NCBI RefSeq assembly: GCF_037902255.1
Contig: NZ_CP147990.1
Location: 480,001-512,000 of the forward strand
Direction: 5' to 3'
Origin: Candidatus Electrothrix sp. GW3-4
GTDB lineage: Bacteria > Desulfobacterota > Desulfobulbia > Desulfobulbales > Desulfobulbaceae
DNA length: 32,000 nucleotides
Shown one piece after another: positions 15,099 through 24,462 of the stretch. The translations under genes and the position numbers were made by a program. How positions within the stretch are numbered: the first letter of the stretch is position 1; each line of letters starts with the position of its first letter. The notes beneath the pieces were generated by a model that saw only the letters and a list, made by a program, of their open reading frames with translations, did no database searches and was not told where the DNA came from.

Positions 15099-17351
15099 AT
15101 GGATAAAGTATATGGTGCGTATCTTTGCACAGGGTGCAGTATCGGTGACGTTCTTGATGTTGACGGTCTCAAAGAGGCTGCCTCTGAAACCGGTATGGAG
15201 ATGCAGGAGCATGCCTGTCTCTGTGGCGAAGAAGGCCAGGCCCTGATCAAGAAAGATATAGATGAAAACGGTGTAAACACCTTTGTTGTTTGTGCTTGTT
15301 CTCCCCGCGTAATGCAGGATACCTTTGATTACGGAGAAGGAACTATCACTGTTCGCGGTAATTTGCGTGAGCATGTGGCATGGACTGCTCAGCCTGATGA
15401 GGAAGACGAGGACGCAGCTGAGTACCTGCAGGAAGTGGGTGAGGACTATGTCCGTATGGCTGTAACCCGTGCGCAAAAGAGTGAGGTGCCTGAGCCCTAT
15501 CAGATGGAGCAGATCACCAAGAGTATTCTGGTCATGGGTGGTGGTATTGCCGGTCTGACAGCAGCCACTGAAGCGGCAAAGGCGGGCTACGGAGTAACCA
15601 TCGTTGAAAAGACCGATAAGCTTGGTGGTAAGGCACTGGGATGGCGCAAGATGTTTCCAACGGCCTATCCCTACAGCGAGCTGGAAGAACCGAATATTGA
15701 GCAGATGATTGCCGAGGTGACCAGCAACGATAAAATCACCATTAAAACAGAGACCGAGGTTGCCCGTATCAGTGGCGCTCCTGGTGAATTTCGAGTGACC
15801 TTGAAGCCTGCTGGCACTGAGTCTGAGTGGGATGCTCCAGAAAAGGTTGGCGTTGACGAGCGTGACCTGATCGAGAAAGGGGAGATGGAAGACCCCAATA
15901 CCGGTCTCAAGGTCTACACAGAGACCAACCCCGATGCTGAGCTGGTTGGTGCGGTTGTGCTGGCCACGGGCTGGCGGCCTGCTGATGTCTCAGAGTACGA
16001 GCATCTCGGACATGGCAGCTTGCAGAATGTGGTCACCAATGCTGAGTTTGAGAGATTGGCCAAGCAGGGTAAGGTCCCGGCCAAGGTTGCCTTTATTCAG
16101 AGCCCTGGTAGCACTGATAATGATCGTGACTTCCCGTACTGTAACTCTGTTACCTCTATGGTTGCTCTGAAGCAGGCTCAGTATGTCTGTGATGATAACG
16201 GTGATAATGCCCAGGCCTATATCCTTTATCAGCATATGCGGACCCCGGGCAACACCGAGCTGTTCTACAAAGGTATGCAGCAACGTGACGGCGTCTTTAT
16301 GACCAAGGCCACGGTCACCAAGGTGGAAGAAGCTGGTGGGAGCCTGAAGGTGACGGCAGAGAATACCCTACTGGGCGAAGATCTTGAGCTTAATGTGGAC
16401 ATGGTTGTGTTGGCGGCTGGTATGGTACCGACCACTGTAGATGAGTCCACCATTAACTTGGCCTATCGCCAGGGGCCAGGCTTCCTGGATCTGGACCTCT
16501 TTGATGGGTATGCGGATTCCCACTTTATCTGCTTCCCCTATGAGACCCGCCGGACCGGCGTGTATGCCTGTGGTGGTGTGCGTAAAGCAGAAACCATGGA
16601 AGAGACCATTGATGATGCCACTGGTGCAGCGTTAAAGGCTATTCAATGTATTGAGTCTGCTGATCGTGGTGTGGCGGTTCACCCGCGTTCCGGCGACCAG
16701 ACGTATCCGGATTTCTTCTTCCAGCGTTGTACCCAGTGTAAGCGCTGTACCGAGGAATGCCCTTTTGGTGCTCTGGATGATGATGCCAAGGGCACTCCGC
16801 TGCCTAATCCGACCCGTTGTCGGCGCTGTGGTACCTGTATGGGTGCTTGTCCTGAGCGTATCATCGGTTTTGCCGATTATAATATCGATATGATCGGTTC
16901 CATGGTCAAGGCCATTGAGGTCCCTGATGATGACGAGGATAAACTCCGCGTCGCCGTCTTTGTCTGTGAGAACGACGCGTATCCGGCCATTGATATGTCT
17001 GGTATGCGCCATAATAAGATGAACACCTTGGTTCGTTTTATCCCGGTTCGTTGCCTTGGGTCTGTCAACATGGTCTGGATCAAGGATGCCATGTCCTCTG
17101 GTATGGACGGTGTGTTGCTTCTCGGTTGTCGTTACGGTGATAACTACCAGTGCCATTTTGTGAAAGGCTCTGAAATCGCCAATAAGCGTATGGAGAACAT
17201 CGGTGAAACCCTGGGCACTCTGGGACTTGAGCCGGAGCGCTGCGCTGCTGAGCAGGTAGCCATCTCTGACTACGACAAGATTCCTGAGATCATTGAAGAG
17301 TTTGTTGAGTCGATTATTGAGATGGGGCCGAACCCCTTTAAGGGCTTCTAA
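15099..17351 (+). CDS. qmoB: Qmo subunit B (HdrA-like flavoprotein with 2x[4Fe-4S] and an MvhD-like C-terminal domain)
   Basis: Start at MDKVYGAYLCTGCSIG (ATG 15099, AGGAGGG upstream). FAD fold ILVMGGGIAGLTAATEAAKAG and ferredoxin motifs CTQCKRCTEECP / CRRCGTCMGACP. The C-terminal segment VAVFVCENDAYPA is MvhD-like. Confidence 0.9.
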   Translation: MDKVYGAYLCTGCSIGDVLDVDGLKEAASETGMEMQEHACLCGEEGQALIKKDIDENGVNTFVVCACSPRVMQDTFDYGEGTITVRGNLREHVAWTAQPDEEDEDAAEYLQEVGEDYVRMAVTRAQKSEVPEPYQMEQITKSILVMGGGIAGLTAATEAAKAGYGVTIVEKTDKLGGKALGWRKMFPTAYPYSELEEPNIEQMIAEVTSNDKITIKTETEVARISGAPGEFRVTLKPAGTESEWDAPEKVGVDERDLIEKGEMEDPNTGLKVYTETNPDAELVGAVVLATGWRPADVSEYEHLGHGSLQNVVTNAEFERLAKQGKVPAKVAFIQSPGSTDNDRDFPYCNSVTSMVALKQAQYVCDDNGDNAQAYILYQHMRTPGNTELFYKGMQQRDGVFMTKATVTKVEEAGGSLKVTAENTLLGEDLELNVDMVVLAAGMVPTTVDESTINLAYRQGPGFLDLDLFDGYADSHFICFPYETRRTGVYACGGVRKAETMEETIDDATGAALKAIQCIESADRGVAVHPRSGDQTYPDFFFQRCTQCKRCTEECPFGALDDDAKGTPLPNPTRCRRCGTCMGACPERIIGFADYNIDMIGSMVKAIEVPDDDEDKLRVAVFVCENDAYPAIDMSGMRHNKMNTLVRFIPVRCLGSVNMVWIKDAMSSGMDGVLLLGCRYGDNYQCHFVKGSEIANKRMENIGETLGTLGLEPERCAAEQVAISDYDKIPEIIEEFVESIIEMGPNPFKGF

Positions 17352-17474
17352 CCTCTGTTGTGTCGAGTTCGTATTCGCTTGAATTCGTTCTAATCTGTTC
17401 GGGCGAATACGGATCATATGTTAAAAGATCATCGTTTCGGCATCTTGAAAAAGCTTTCAGGACAGGAGAAGAAA

Positions 17475-18698
17475 ATGTCTATGAATGTACAACCAGATAT
17501 TGAATTTATTAAGGACATGAAGGAGGCTGGGGGAGATACCCTGAAAAAATGCTTCCAATGTGCCACCTGCTCTGTGGTCTGTCCTCTTTCCACTGATGAG
17601 AATCCTTTTCCCCGTCAACAGATGATTTACTCGCAATGGGGATTGAAGGATAAATTGATCGGTGATCCGAATATGCTGCTTTGTCACCATTGCGGTGATT
17701 GTACAGCCTATTGCCCACGCGGTGCCAAACCCGGCGATGTTATGGGCGCAATTCGGGCCTATGCCTATAAATTTTACGGCTGGCCTGCGCCTTTGGCTAA
17801 GTTGGCATCATCAGGGAAATATCTCCCCGCACTTGTCGCGATACCGGCGCTGGTCGTTATGCTGGTATGGCTGATTTCCGGGGCCAATGTTCTTTCCCAT
17901 GAAGAATTTCTCCATGCCGGTTTTAGTAATTTTTTTGGTGAAGGATATGTTACGATTTTTGGCTTTAAGTTGCTGAGTAGAAATGTATTTTTTATTAATT
18001 CCTTCATGATTCCCTCAGCAGCCTTGGCTGCCTTTGCCTCGTTCAAGGGCGTGACAGCAATGTGGCGGAAGATGTCAGAGAATGCCGGGGTAGGTGAAGC
18101 CCTGTACCGTCCCTCAGTCCCCCAATTCGTCAAAGAATTCCTGTGGCCTTCCCTTGTAGAGATTGTTCAGCATGATCGCTTTAAAAAATGTGAGACAAAT
18201 CAAGATCGTGTTCGTGGTCATCAGCCCTTGATGTGGGCTTTTATTGGCCTCTTCGTTGTTACTACCTACTCCTTTGTTTCCCAGGATATTATTGGCCATT
18301 TTATTCCGTCCTTGCACGGCCCCATGTCCATGATCAATCCGTTTAAAATTCTCGCGAATGTTGCAGCCGGTGCTCTAATCTTTGGTCTTGTTATTTTGTG
18401 GAAAAACCGTAATCAGATGGTGGAGAATAAGCAGGCGGGCAATACCTTTTACGATTGGTTCCTGATCTGGATGATTGCAGGCGTTGGTGTGACTGGCCTG
18501 GGAGCAGAAATCCTGCGCCTCATTGGCGTGGTTAAACTGGGGTATCTGGTGTATTACCTGCATTTGGTTTCTGTTATGATGCTTTTCCTCTACATGCCAT
18601 ACACTAAATTTGCCCATCTGGTGTACAGGACCTGTGCTATGACCTTTGAACGGTACAGAGACTCCGCTTATGTCAAAAATCCAGTGAATAATGGATGA
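17475..18698 (+). CDS. qmoC: Qmo subunit C (HdrC-like FeS domain fused to an HdrE/NarI-like heme-b membrane domain)
   Basis: Start at MSMNVQPD (ATG 17475, AGGAG 17464-68). CFQCATCSVVCP and CHHCGDCTAYCPRGA are followed by several TM helices containing conserved His. Confidence 0.88.
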   Translation: MSMNVQPDIEFIKDMKEAGGDTLKKCFQCATCSVVCPLSTDENPFPRQQMIYSQWGLKDKLIGDPNMLLCHHCGDCTAYCPRGAKPGDVMGAIRAYAYKFYGWPAPLAKLASSGKYLPALVAIPALVVMLVWLISGANVLSHEEFLHAGFSNFFGEGYVTIFGFKLLSRNVFFINSFMIPSAALAAFASFKGVTAMWRKMSENAGVGEALYRPSVPQFVKEFLWPSLVEIVQHDRFKKCETNQDRVRGHQPLMWAFIGLFVVTTYSFVSQDIIGHFIPSLHGPMSMINPFKILANVAAGALIFGLVILWKNRNQMVENKQAGNTFYDWFLIWMIAGVGVTGLGAEILRLIGVVKLGYLVYYLHLVSVMMLFLYMPYTKFAHLVYRTCAMTFERYRDSAYVKNPVNNG

Positions 18699-18733
18699 TT
18701 TTCTGGATGTAACGCGTTGTTTTTAGGCATTTT

Positions 18734-18765
18734 AAAAAACCAGACTTTTAAAGTCTGGTTTTTTT
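18734..18765 (+). terminator. Intrinsic (bidirectional-looking) terminator after qmoC
   Basis: AAAAAA-CCAGACTT-tta-AAGTCTGG-TTTTTTT: an 8-bp stem flanked by an A-run and a 7-T run. Confidence 0.75.
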
Positions 18766-18786
18766 GTTTAAGTAAGAAAAAAAGAC

Positions 18787-18815
18787 TTGCAAAGTGATAT
18801 TGAGGCCTGTATAAT
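18787..18815 (+). promoter_or_regulatory. Near-consensus sigma70 promoter of the tRNA-tuf operon with a GC-rich discriminator
   Basis: TTGCAA (18787-92), exactly 17 nt, TATAAT (18810-15), then GCGCCCC. An A/T-rich UP-like stretch lies upstream (GTAAGAAAAAAAGA). tRNA-Thr starts 20 nt after the -10 hexamer. Confidence 0.7.
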
Positions 18816-18834
18816 GCGCCCCACAAATTATAGC

Positions 18835-18910
<76 letters not shown>

Positions 18911-18978
18911 GTGTTCGGAAGTTGATGGAAAGATGTCGAAGGTGGGAGTTCGACAGTTGCCCATTGTTTTTCGGATAA

Positions 18979-19063
18979 GGAGGGGTTCCCGAGCGGTCAA
19001 AGGGAACAGACTGTAAATCTGTCGGCGGCGCCTTCGGAGGTTCGAATCCTCCCCCCTCCACCA
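18979..19063 (+). tRNA. tyrU: tRNA-Tyr (anticodon GUA), long variable arm, CCA encoded
   Basis: Acceptor GGAGGGG/CCCCTCC, anticodon loop CTGTAAA, long variable arm, T arm GGAGG-TTCGAAT-CCTCC. Confidence 0.9.
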
Positions 19064-19120
19064 TCTTGTTTGAAGCAGGCATGCGCATGGAATGTGCTGC
19101 CTGTTCTTTTTTGTACATGA

Positions 19121-19196
19121 GCGGGAATAGCTCAATTGGTAGAGCATCAGCCTTCCAAGCTGAGGGTTGCGAGTTCGAGTCTCGTTTCCCGCTCCA
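19121..19196 (+). tRNA. glyT: tRNA-Gly (anticodon UCC), CCA encoded
   Basis: Acceptor GCGGGAA/TTCCCGC, anticodon stem TCAGC/GCTGA with loop CTTCCAA, T arm GCGAG-TTCGAGT-CTCGT. Confidence 0.92.
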
Positions 19197-19223
19197 TGTA
19201 TTTCTTTGAAGTAAGTTTTTAGC

Positions 19224-19298
19224 GCCCACGTAACTCAGTGGTAGAGTACCTCCTTGGTAAGGAGGAAGTCACCGGTTCAAGTCCGGTCGTGGGCTCCA
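19224..19298 (+). tRNA. thrT: tRNA-Thr (anticodon GGU), CCA encoded
   Basis: Acceptor GCCCACG/CGTGGGC, anticodon stem CCTCC/GGAGG with loop TTGGTAA, T arm ACCGG-TTCAAGT-CCGGT. Confidence 0.92.
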
Positions 19299-19362
19299 GG
19301 ATTGCCGATAGGGAAGTGGTGGTCGGTAGAGAGAAGAAAAAATTGTCTGGGGAGACATAGTA

Positions 19363-20553
19363 ATGGCAAAAGAGAAGTTTGAGCGGACAAAGCCGCATGT
19401 CAATGTTGGAACCATCGGTCATATTGACCATGGTAAGACTACCCTGACAGCGGCGATCACACGAGTATTAGCAACCAAGGGGCAGGCAGATTTTACTGAT
19501 TTTAGTGATATCGATAAGGCACCTGAAGAGAAAGAGCGTGGAATTACCATTGCAACAGCTCATGTCGAGTATGAGAGCGAGGGGCGTCATTACGCGCATG
19601 TAGACTGTCCTGGTCATGCTGATTATATCAAGAATATGATTACCGGTGCTGCTCAGATGGACGGCGCAATTCTTGTTGTTGCTGCTACTGACGGTCCTAT
19701 GCCGCAGACTCGCGAGCATATCCTGCTGGCGCGTCAGGTCGGTGTTCCGGCTATGGTTGTCTTTCTGAACAAGTGTGATCAGGTTGATGATGAAGAGTTG
19801 ATTGAGCTGGTTGAGATGGAGCTTCGTGAGTTGCTGGATAAGTATGATTTTCCTGGTGACGATACTCCGATCATTCAGGGTTCTGCTCTGGAGGCGCTGG
19901 AGAATCCCGAAGATGAGGTTAAGTCTAAATGTATTTGGGATTTGATCGAGTCTGTTGATTCCTGGGTCCCGGAACCTGAGCGTGACGTAGATAAGCCTTT
20001 CCTGATGCCGGTTGAGGATGTCTTTTCTATCTCTGGTCGTGGTACTGTTGCAACCGGTCGTGTTGAGAGCGGTGTGATTCACGTTGGTGATGAGATTGAG
20101 ATCGTTGGTATTCGTGAGACTCAGAAGACTACCATTACCGGGGTGGAGATGTTTCGCAAGATCCTTGATGAAGGTCAGGCTGGCGATAACATCGGTGCTC
20201 TGCTACGTGGAACCAAGCGTGAAGAGGTTGTTCGTGGTCAGGTTCTTGCCGCACCTGGTTCTATCACTCCGCATAAGAAGTTCAAGGCAGAGTGCTATAT
20301 TCTGACCAAAGAAGAGGGTGGCCGTCACACCCCGTTTTTTAACGGTTACCGGCCCCAGTTCTATTTTCGCACCACCGACGTGACAGGCGTTTGTACGCTT
20401 GAGGAAGGGGTGGAGATGGTTATGCCTGGAGATAATATTCATATCACAGGAGAGTTGATTACACCTATCGCTATGCAGGAAGGACTTCGCTTCGCTATCC
20501 GTGAAGGTGGTCGTACCGTAGGTGCTGGCGTAATCAGTGAGATTATCGAGTAA
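19363..20553 (+). CDS. tuf: Translation elongation factor Tu
   Basis: 396 aa with [18 protein letters not shown] and NKCD. It follows the Thr-Tyr-Gly-Thr tRNA set, the same order as the E. coli thrU-tyrU-glyT-thrT-tufB operon. Confidence 0.98.
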   Translation: MAKEKFERTKPHVNVGTIGHIDHGKTTLTAAITRVLATKGQADFTDFSDIDKAPEEKERGITIATAHVEYESEGRHYAHVDCPGHADYIKNMITGAAQMDGAILVVAATDGPMPQTREHILLARQVGVPAMVVFLNKCDQVDDEELIELVEMELRELLDKYDFPGDDTPIIQGSALEALENPEDEVKSKCIWDLIESVDSWVPEPERDVDKPFLMPVEDVFSISGRGTVATGRVESGVIHVGDEIEIVGIRETQKTTITGVEMFRKILDEGQAGDNIGALLRGTKREEVVRGQVLAAPGSITPHKKFKAECYILTKEEGGRHTPFFNGYRPQFYFRTTDVTGVCTLEEGVEMVMPGDNIHITGELITPIAMQEGLRFAIREGGRTVGAGVISEIIE

Positions 20554-20650
20554 GCTGCTGTTTAGAATTATTCTGAACAGAATCTGCTTGAAGAATGAGG
20601 CTCCGGTTTGACCTTGTGGTCGCCGGAGTCTATATATCAGGGGGTCTGGT

Positions 20651-20800
20651 ATGCGAGATATAATTACGCTTGCCTGTATGGAGTGTAAACAAAGAAATTA
20701 CACGACAACAAAAAATAAAAGAACAATACCTCATAAGCTTGAGTTGAAAAAATACTGCCCTTTTTGCAGGACACATACCCCGCATAAGGAAACAAAGTAA
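20651..20800 (+). CDS. rpmG: 50S ribosomal protein L33 (Zn-ribbon form)
   Basis: Below the ORF-track size cutoff. Hand translation gives [49 protein letters not shown] (49 aa), with CxxC...CxxC. Confidence 0.9.
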   Translation: MRDIITLACMECKQRNYTTTKNKRTIPHKLELKKYCPFCRTHTPHKETK

Positions 20801-20854
20801 TTTTACGACAAGTTAAAGTGAGTGCATAGGTAGAAGTAGTAGCGAATGTTGTGC

Positions 20855-20931
20855 AGGCCAGTAGCTCTAATTGGTAGAGCATCGGACTCCAAATCCGAGG
20901 GCTGGGGGTTCGAGTCCCTCCTGGCCTGCCA
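20855..20931 (+). tRNA. trpT: tRNA-Trp (anticodon CCA), CCA encoded
   Basis: Acceptor AGGCCAG/CTGGCCT, anticodon stem TCGGA/TCCGA with loop CTCCAAA, T arm GGGGG-TTCGAGT-CCCTC. Followed by a T9 run. Confidence 0.92.
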
Positions 20932-20960
20932 TTTTTTTTTCCGCTGGGTGTTGAAAGGAA

Positions 20961-21218
20961 ATGACGACTAAGAAAAAGAAAAATAATGCCAAGGGCGGAG
21001 CGGTTGAAGAAGGTGTATCCTCCTTTGTGCTTGCTCCAGGAAACATTCGCCGTTTTTACCATGAGGTAGTCGCTGAATTTAAAAAAATTGTCTGGCCTGA
21101 CCGTAAGGTAACCTTTGGTTTGTCAGGTTTTGTCATTTTATTGACTGTGCTACTTTCTGTGTATCTTGGGACTGTTGACCTGATTCTCGGGAAGTTGGTA
21201 GGGCTGGTTCTGCAATAG
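20961..21218 (+). CDS. secE: Preprotein translocase subunit SecE
   Basis: 85 aa with a basic N-terminus, the conserved EFKKIVWPDRK motif and one C-terminal TM helix. Located immediately upstream of nusG. Confidence 0.9.
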   Translation: MTTKKKKNNAKGGAVEEGVSSFVLAPGNIRRFYHEVVAEFKKIVWPDRKVTFGLSGFVILLTVLLSVYLGTVDLILGKLVGLVLQ

Positions 21219-21225
21219 GCATGTC

Positions 21226-21792
21226 ATGGCAAAGAAATGGTATATAGTTCACACTCATACCGGTTTTGAGGTGAAGGTTAAAGCAACGCTTGAGGATAAT
21301 ATCAGGCAGGCTGGCCAGGAAGAATTTTTTGGTGATATCCTGGTGCCCACCGAGCAGGTTGTTGAGATGGTCAAGGGAGAGCGAAAGACTTCAGAACGGA
21401 AGTTTTTTCCCGGCTATATACTGGTTCAAATGGAAATGAACGAGCATTCCTGGCACACAGTCATGGAAACCCAGCGTGTTACCGGGTTTGTCGGAGTGAA
21501 TAGTGGTCAGGGGGCTTCAGCAGGTGCTGAGGTTTATAAGCTGATACCTGCGTTAACAGAGCAGGAGGCGAACAAGATTATTATGCGCATTGAAGAGGGC
21601 GCAGAAAAACCCATACCAAAGGTTGTCTTTGAGGTAGGTGATATTGTTCGTGTGACTGAAGGTCCTTTTGCAAATTTTGAAGGGACAGTTGATGAGGTTT
21701 TTCCTGATAAAGGAAGGGTCCGGGTTATGGTCTCTATCTTTGGGCGTTCAACTCCGGTTGAGCTTGAGTATATGCAGGTAAGCAATAATTAA
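21226..21792 (+). CDS. nusG: Transcription termination/antitermination factor NusG
   Basis: 188 aa: [15 protein letters not shown] domain and KOW motif [18 protein letters not shown]. Confidence 0.96.
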   Translation: MAKKWYIVHTHTGFEVKVKATLEDNIRQAGQEEFFGDILVPTEQVVEMVKGERKTSERKFFPGYILVQMEMNEHSWHTVMETQRVTGFVGVNSGQGASAGAEVYKLIPALTEQEANKIIMRIEEGAEKPIPKVVFEVGDIVRVTEGPFANFEGTVDEVFPDKGRVRVMVSIFGRSTPVELEYMQVSNN

Positions 21793-21824
21793 AAACTCCA
21801 GGTGGGTCCGTGGAGGAGTGAATA

Positions 21825-22250
21825 ATGGCAAAAAAAATCCAATCATACATAAAATTGCAAATACCGGCCGGAAAGGCCAACCCGTCTCCTCCGGTAGGGC
21901 CAGCTTTGGGCCAGCACGGTGTGAATATTATGGACTTCTGCAAGGCCTTCAATGCGAAGACGCAGTCAGAAGGTGACATGATTATTCCTGTTGTTATCAC
22001 CGTTTATAATGATCGCTCATTCAGCTTTATTACAAAGACTCCACCAGCATCTGTGCTTCTTTTTAAGGCTGCTGGTCTCCAGAAAGGATCAGGTAATCCG
22101 AAAAAAGAGCGTGTAGCTGAGATCGGAAGAGATAAGATTAAAGAGATTGCCGAGATTAAGATGCCGGATTTGAATGCATATGATATCAATCAGGCAATGA
22201 GGATTGTAGAAGGAACTGCTCGTAGTTGCGGGATTACCGTCGTTGACTAA
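21825..22250 (+). CDS. rplK: 50S ribosomal protein L11
   Basis: 141 aa: [43 protein letters not shown]. Confidence 0.97.
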   Translation: MAKKIQSYIKLQIPAGKANPSPPVGPALGQHGVNIMDFCKAFNAKTQSEGDMIIPVVITVYNDRSFSFITKTPPASVLLFKAAGLQKGSGNPKKERVAEIGRDKIKEIAEIKMPDLNAYDINQAMRIVEGTARSCGITVVD

Positions 22251-22325
22251 GTCAGTTTGCTCTGAATATATTTTTCGCTCGTACCACGCCTGATCTTGGG
22301 TGTGGGAGACAAATAGAGGTTGATT

Positions 22326-23033
22326 ATGCCAAAACATGGTAAGCAGTACCGCAAAGCAGCTGAAGGGATCGAGAGTGGAGCCCTGTATTCCGTGGAAGAA
22401 GCTGTTCATTTGGTGCTTGCAAATAATTGTGCAAAGTTTGATGAATCCATTGAGGTCGCTGTCCGGCTGGGCATTGACCCGCGCCATGCAGACCAGATGG
22501 TTCGTTCTTCAGTTATCCTGCCCCATGGTACAGGGAAAGAAGTGCGTGTCCTTGTCTTTGCCAAAGGTGAGAAAGAGACAGAAGCGCTGAACGCAGGTGC
22601 TGATTATGCTGGCTCTGAGGAGTTGGTGAATAAAATTAAAGATGGTTGGCTTGAGTTTGATAAAACGATAGCAACTCCTGACATGATGGGTGAGGTAGGC
22701 AAGATCGGTCGTATTCTCGGGCCGAGAAATTTGATGCCTAATGCCAAGCTTGGCTCTGTTACCTTTGATATTGAGCGCGTTGTTCAGGAGACAAAAAAAG
22801 GAAAAGTTGACTTTAAGTCTGATAAGGCTGGTATTATTCATGCGTTGGTCGGTAAGCGTTCGTTTGGGGCGGAAAAGTTGGAGGCGAATATCTGTCATTT
22901 TGTTGACAAGTTGATCCAGCTGAAGCCTTCAACCAGTAAGGGCGTATATCTTCGATCGGTCAGTCTGTCAAGCACTATGGGCCCCGGTGTTAAGGTTGAT
23001 CCGTTACAGGTTCGTACCTTAATAAAGGCCTGA
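22326..23033 (+). CDS. rplA: 50S ribosomal protein L1
   Basis: MPKHGKQYRKAAE... with a typical L1 sequence. Start taken at ATG 22326 (AGAGG upstream). The track starts 2 codons earlier at TTG. Confidence 0.95.
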   Translation: MPKHGKQYRKAAEGIESGALYSVEEAVHLVLANNCAKFDESIEVAVRLGIDPRHADQMVRSSVILPHGTGKEVRVLVFAKGEKETEALNAGADYAGSEELVNKIKDGWLEFDKTIATPDMMGEVGKIGRILGPRNLMPNAKLGSVTFDIERVVQETKKGKVDFKSDKAGIIHALVGKRSFGAEKLEANICHFVDKLIQLKPSTSKGVYLRSVSLSSTMGPGVKVDPLQVRTLIKA

Positions 23034-23320
23034 AGCATTTCACCTGTCTTTTTCAGAAAGACTGAGAGAGACGGTGGTATTTTTCATGTTGCGAAAAGAA
23101 ATTCGTTGCAAGAGTTACGAGTAAGGTTGTTTTTATAGCTTGGGATGGTCAGAGACAGCAGGTACAGTTCTGTTTAATAATCATTAGGTTACCAGCCGAG
23201 ACCAGTGAATTCCTTTCGAGCCCAGAGTATATCTCTATCAGTTCGGAATGTATGAATAACATAATTTCATTCCTGTTGTCCTGTGACAATCCCGTGCCTA
23301 ATTTCTAGGAGGTGTAACAG
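23034..23320 (+). promoter_or_regulatory. rplJ leader region (expected site of the L10 autoregulatory leader and rplJL promoter)
   Basis: A 287-nt non-coding spacer before rplJ, unusually long compared with the other ribosomal-gene spacers here. The position matches the known L10(L12)4 feedback leader of other bacteria. I could not verify the fold by eye. Confidence 0.3.
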
Positions 23321-23839
23321 TTGAATCGCGAAAATAAGGCGAAAAAGGTTGATGAGCTGAAAGATACCTTTGCCAAAGCCAAGTTCGCAGTAGTAGCTGA
23401 TTACCGCGGATTAAAAGTAAATGAATTTGAGCAGCTTCGTGTTTCTCTGCGTGAGCAGGGCGGACAGGTTCAGGTTGCCAAAAATACCCTTCTTAAATTG
23501 GCTGTACAGGATACAGATTTTGAAGGGTTAACGCAGGACTTCACCGGTACTACAGCCGTAGCGTTTAGTTTTGATGAACCAGTGGGCTCAGCTAAAGCTT
23601 TAGCTGATTTTACAAAGGAGCATGAGGCGTTGGTTGTCCGCTCAGCAGTCTTTGAAGGAAAGATGCTGAGTCCTGAAGACTTGGTTGCTTTGTCAAAACT
23701 GCCGAGCAAAGAACAATTGCTTGGTCAGTTGTGTAACGTTCTTTCAGCAGTACCGACAAAACTTGTCCGTACATTGAATGCTGCACCGAGTAATTTGGTC
23801 TATGCGCTGCAGGCGATTAAAGATCAGAAAGAGAATTAA
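23321..23839 (+). CDS. rplJ: 50S ribosomal protein L10
   Basis: 172 aa with a TTG start 8 nt after AGGAGG (23307-12). Typical L10 sequence (ADYRGLKVNEFEQLR). Confidence 0.93.
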   Translation: MNRENKAKKVDELKDTFAKAKFAVVADYRGLKVNEFEQLRVSLREQGGQVQVAKNTLLKLAVQDTDFEGLTQDFTGTTAVAFSFDEPVGSAKALADFTKEHEALVVRSAVFEGKMLSPEDLVALSKLPSKEQLLGQLCNVLSAVPTKLVRTLNAAPSNLVYALQAIKDQKEN

Positions 23840-23866
23840 GTTATTTTATATCTGGAGGAATGAAAG

Positions 23867-24250
23867 ATGTCTGAAGCTAAAGATCAGGTAGTAGAACTTG
23901 TAAAGAACATGACTCTTCTCGAGGTCGCTGACCTCGTAAAAGCACTCGAAGATGAGTTTGGTGTTTCCGCAGCAGCCCCTGTTGCTATGGCAGCAATGCC
24001 CGGAGCAGCTGGTGGTGATGCTGGCGGAGCAGCAGAACAGACAGAGTTTGACGCTGTTCTGACAGCTGCTGGTGATCAGAAGATTAAGGTCATCAAAGAG
24101 GTCCGTGGGATTACTGCACTCGGCCTCAAAGAGGCAAAGGCCTTGGTAGAAGGTGTACCTGCTCCGATTAAGGAAGGCGTCACCAAGGAAGAAGCTGAAG
24201 AGATTAAAGAAAAGATTGAAGCCGTAGGTGGTACTGTGGAAATCAAGTAA
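23867..24250 (+). CDS. rplL: 50S ribosomal protein L7/L12
   Basis: 127 aa with an Ala/Gly-rich hinge and the C-terminal domain [22 protein letters not shown]. Confidence 0.97.
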   Translation: MSEAKDQVVELVKNMTLLEVADLVKALEDEFGVSAAAPVAMAAMPGAAGGDAGGAAEQTEFDAVLTAAGDQKIKVIKEVRGITALGLKEAKALVEGVPAPIKEGVTKEEAEEIKEKIEAVGGTVEIK

Positions 24251-24309
24251 CCGGACAGCTTCAGCTGTTTGTGGCTGAGAGTATTTATCAGTCAAGAAGT
24301 CATTTCTAA

Positions 24310-24344
24310 GTAACGCTATGGGGGAGTCTCCCTCGTAGCGTTAC
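24310..24344 (+). promoter_or_regulatory. Long hairpin in the rplL-rpoB spacer (candidate RNase III site/attenuator)
   Basis: GTAACGCTATGGGGGA-gtc-TCCCTCGTAGCGTTAC: 16 consecutive pairs (13 Watson-Crick, 3 G-U) with a 3-nt loop and no U-run after it. Confidence 0.45.
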
Positions 24345-24462
24345 TGCGTTTGTGGACTGGCCAGCGATTTGAGTTGTACCCAAAGAGAATAAATTAGGGG
24401 CTTGGATGGGATTCAACCCGCTGTTAAAGCTGAATTTTGCAGATAGTATAAAAGAGGGGATC

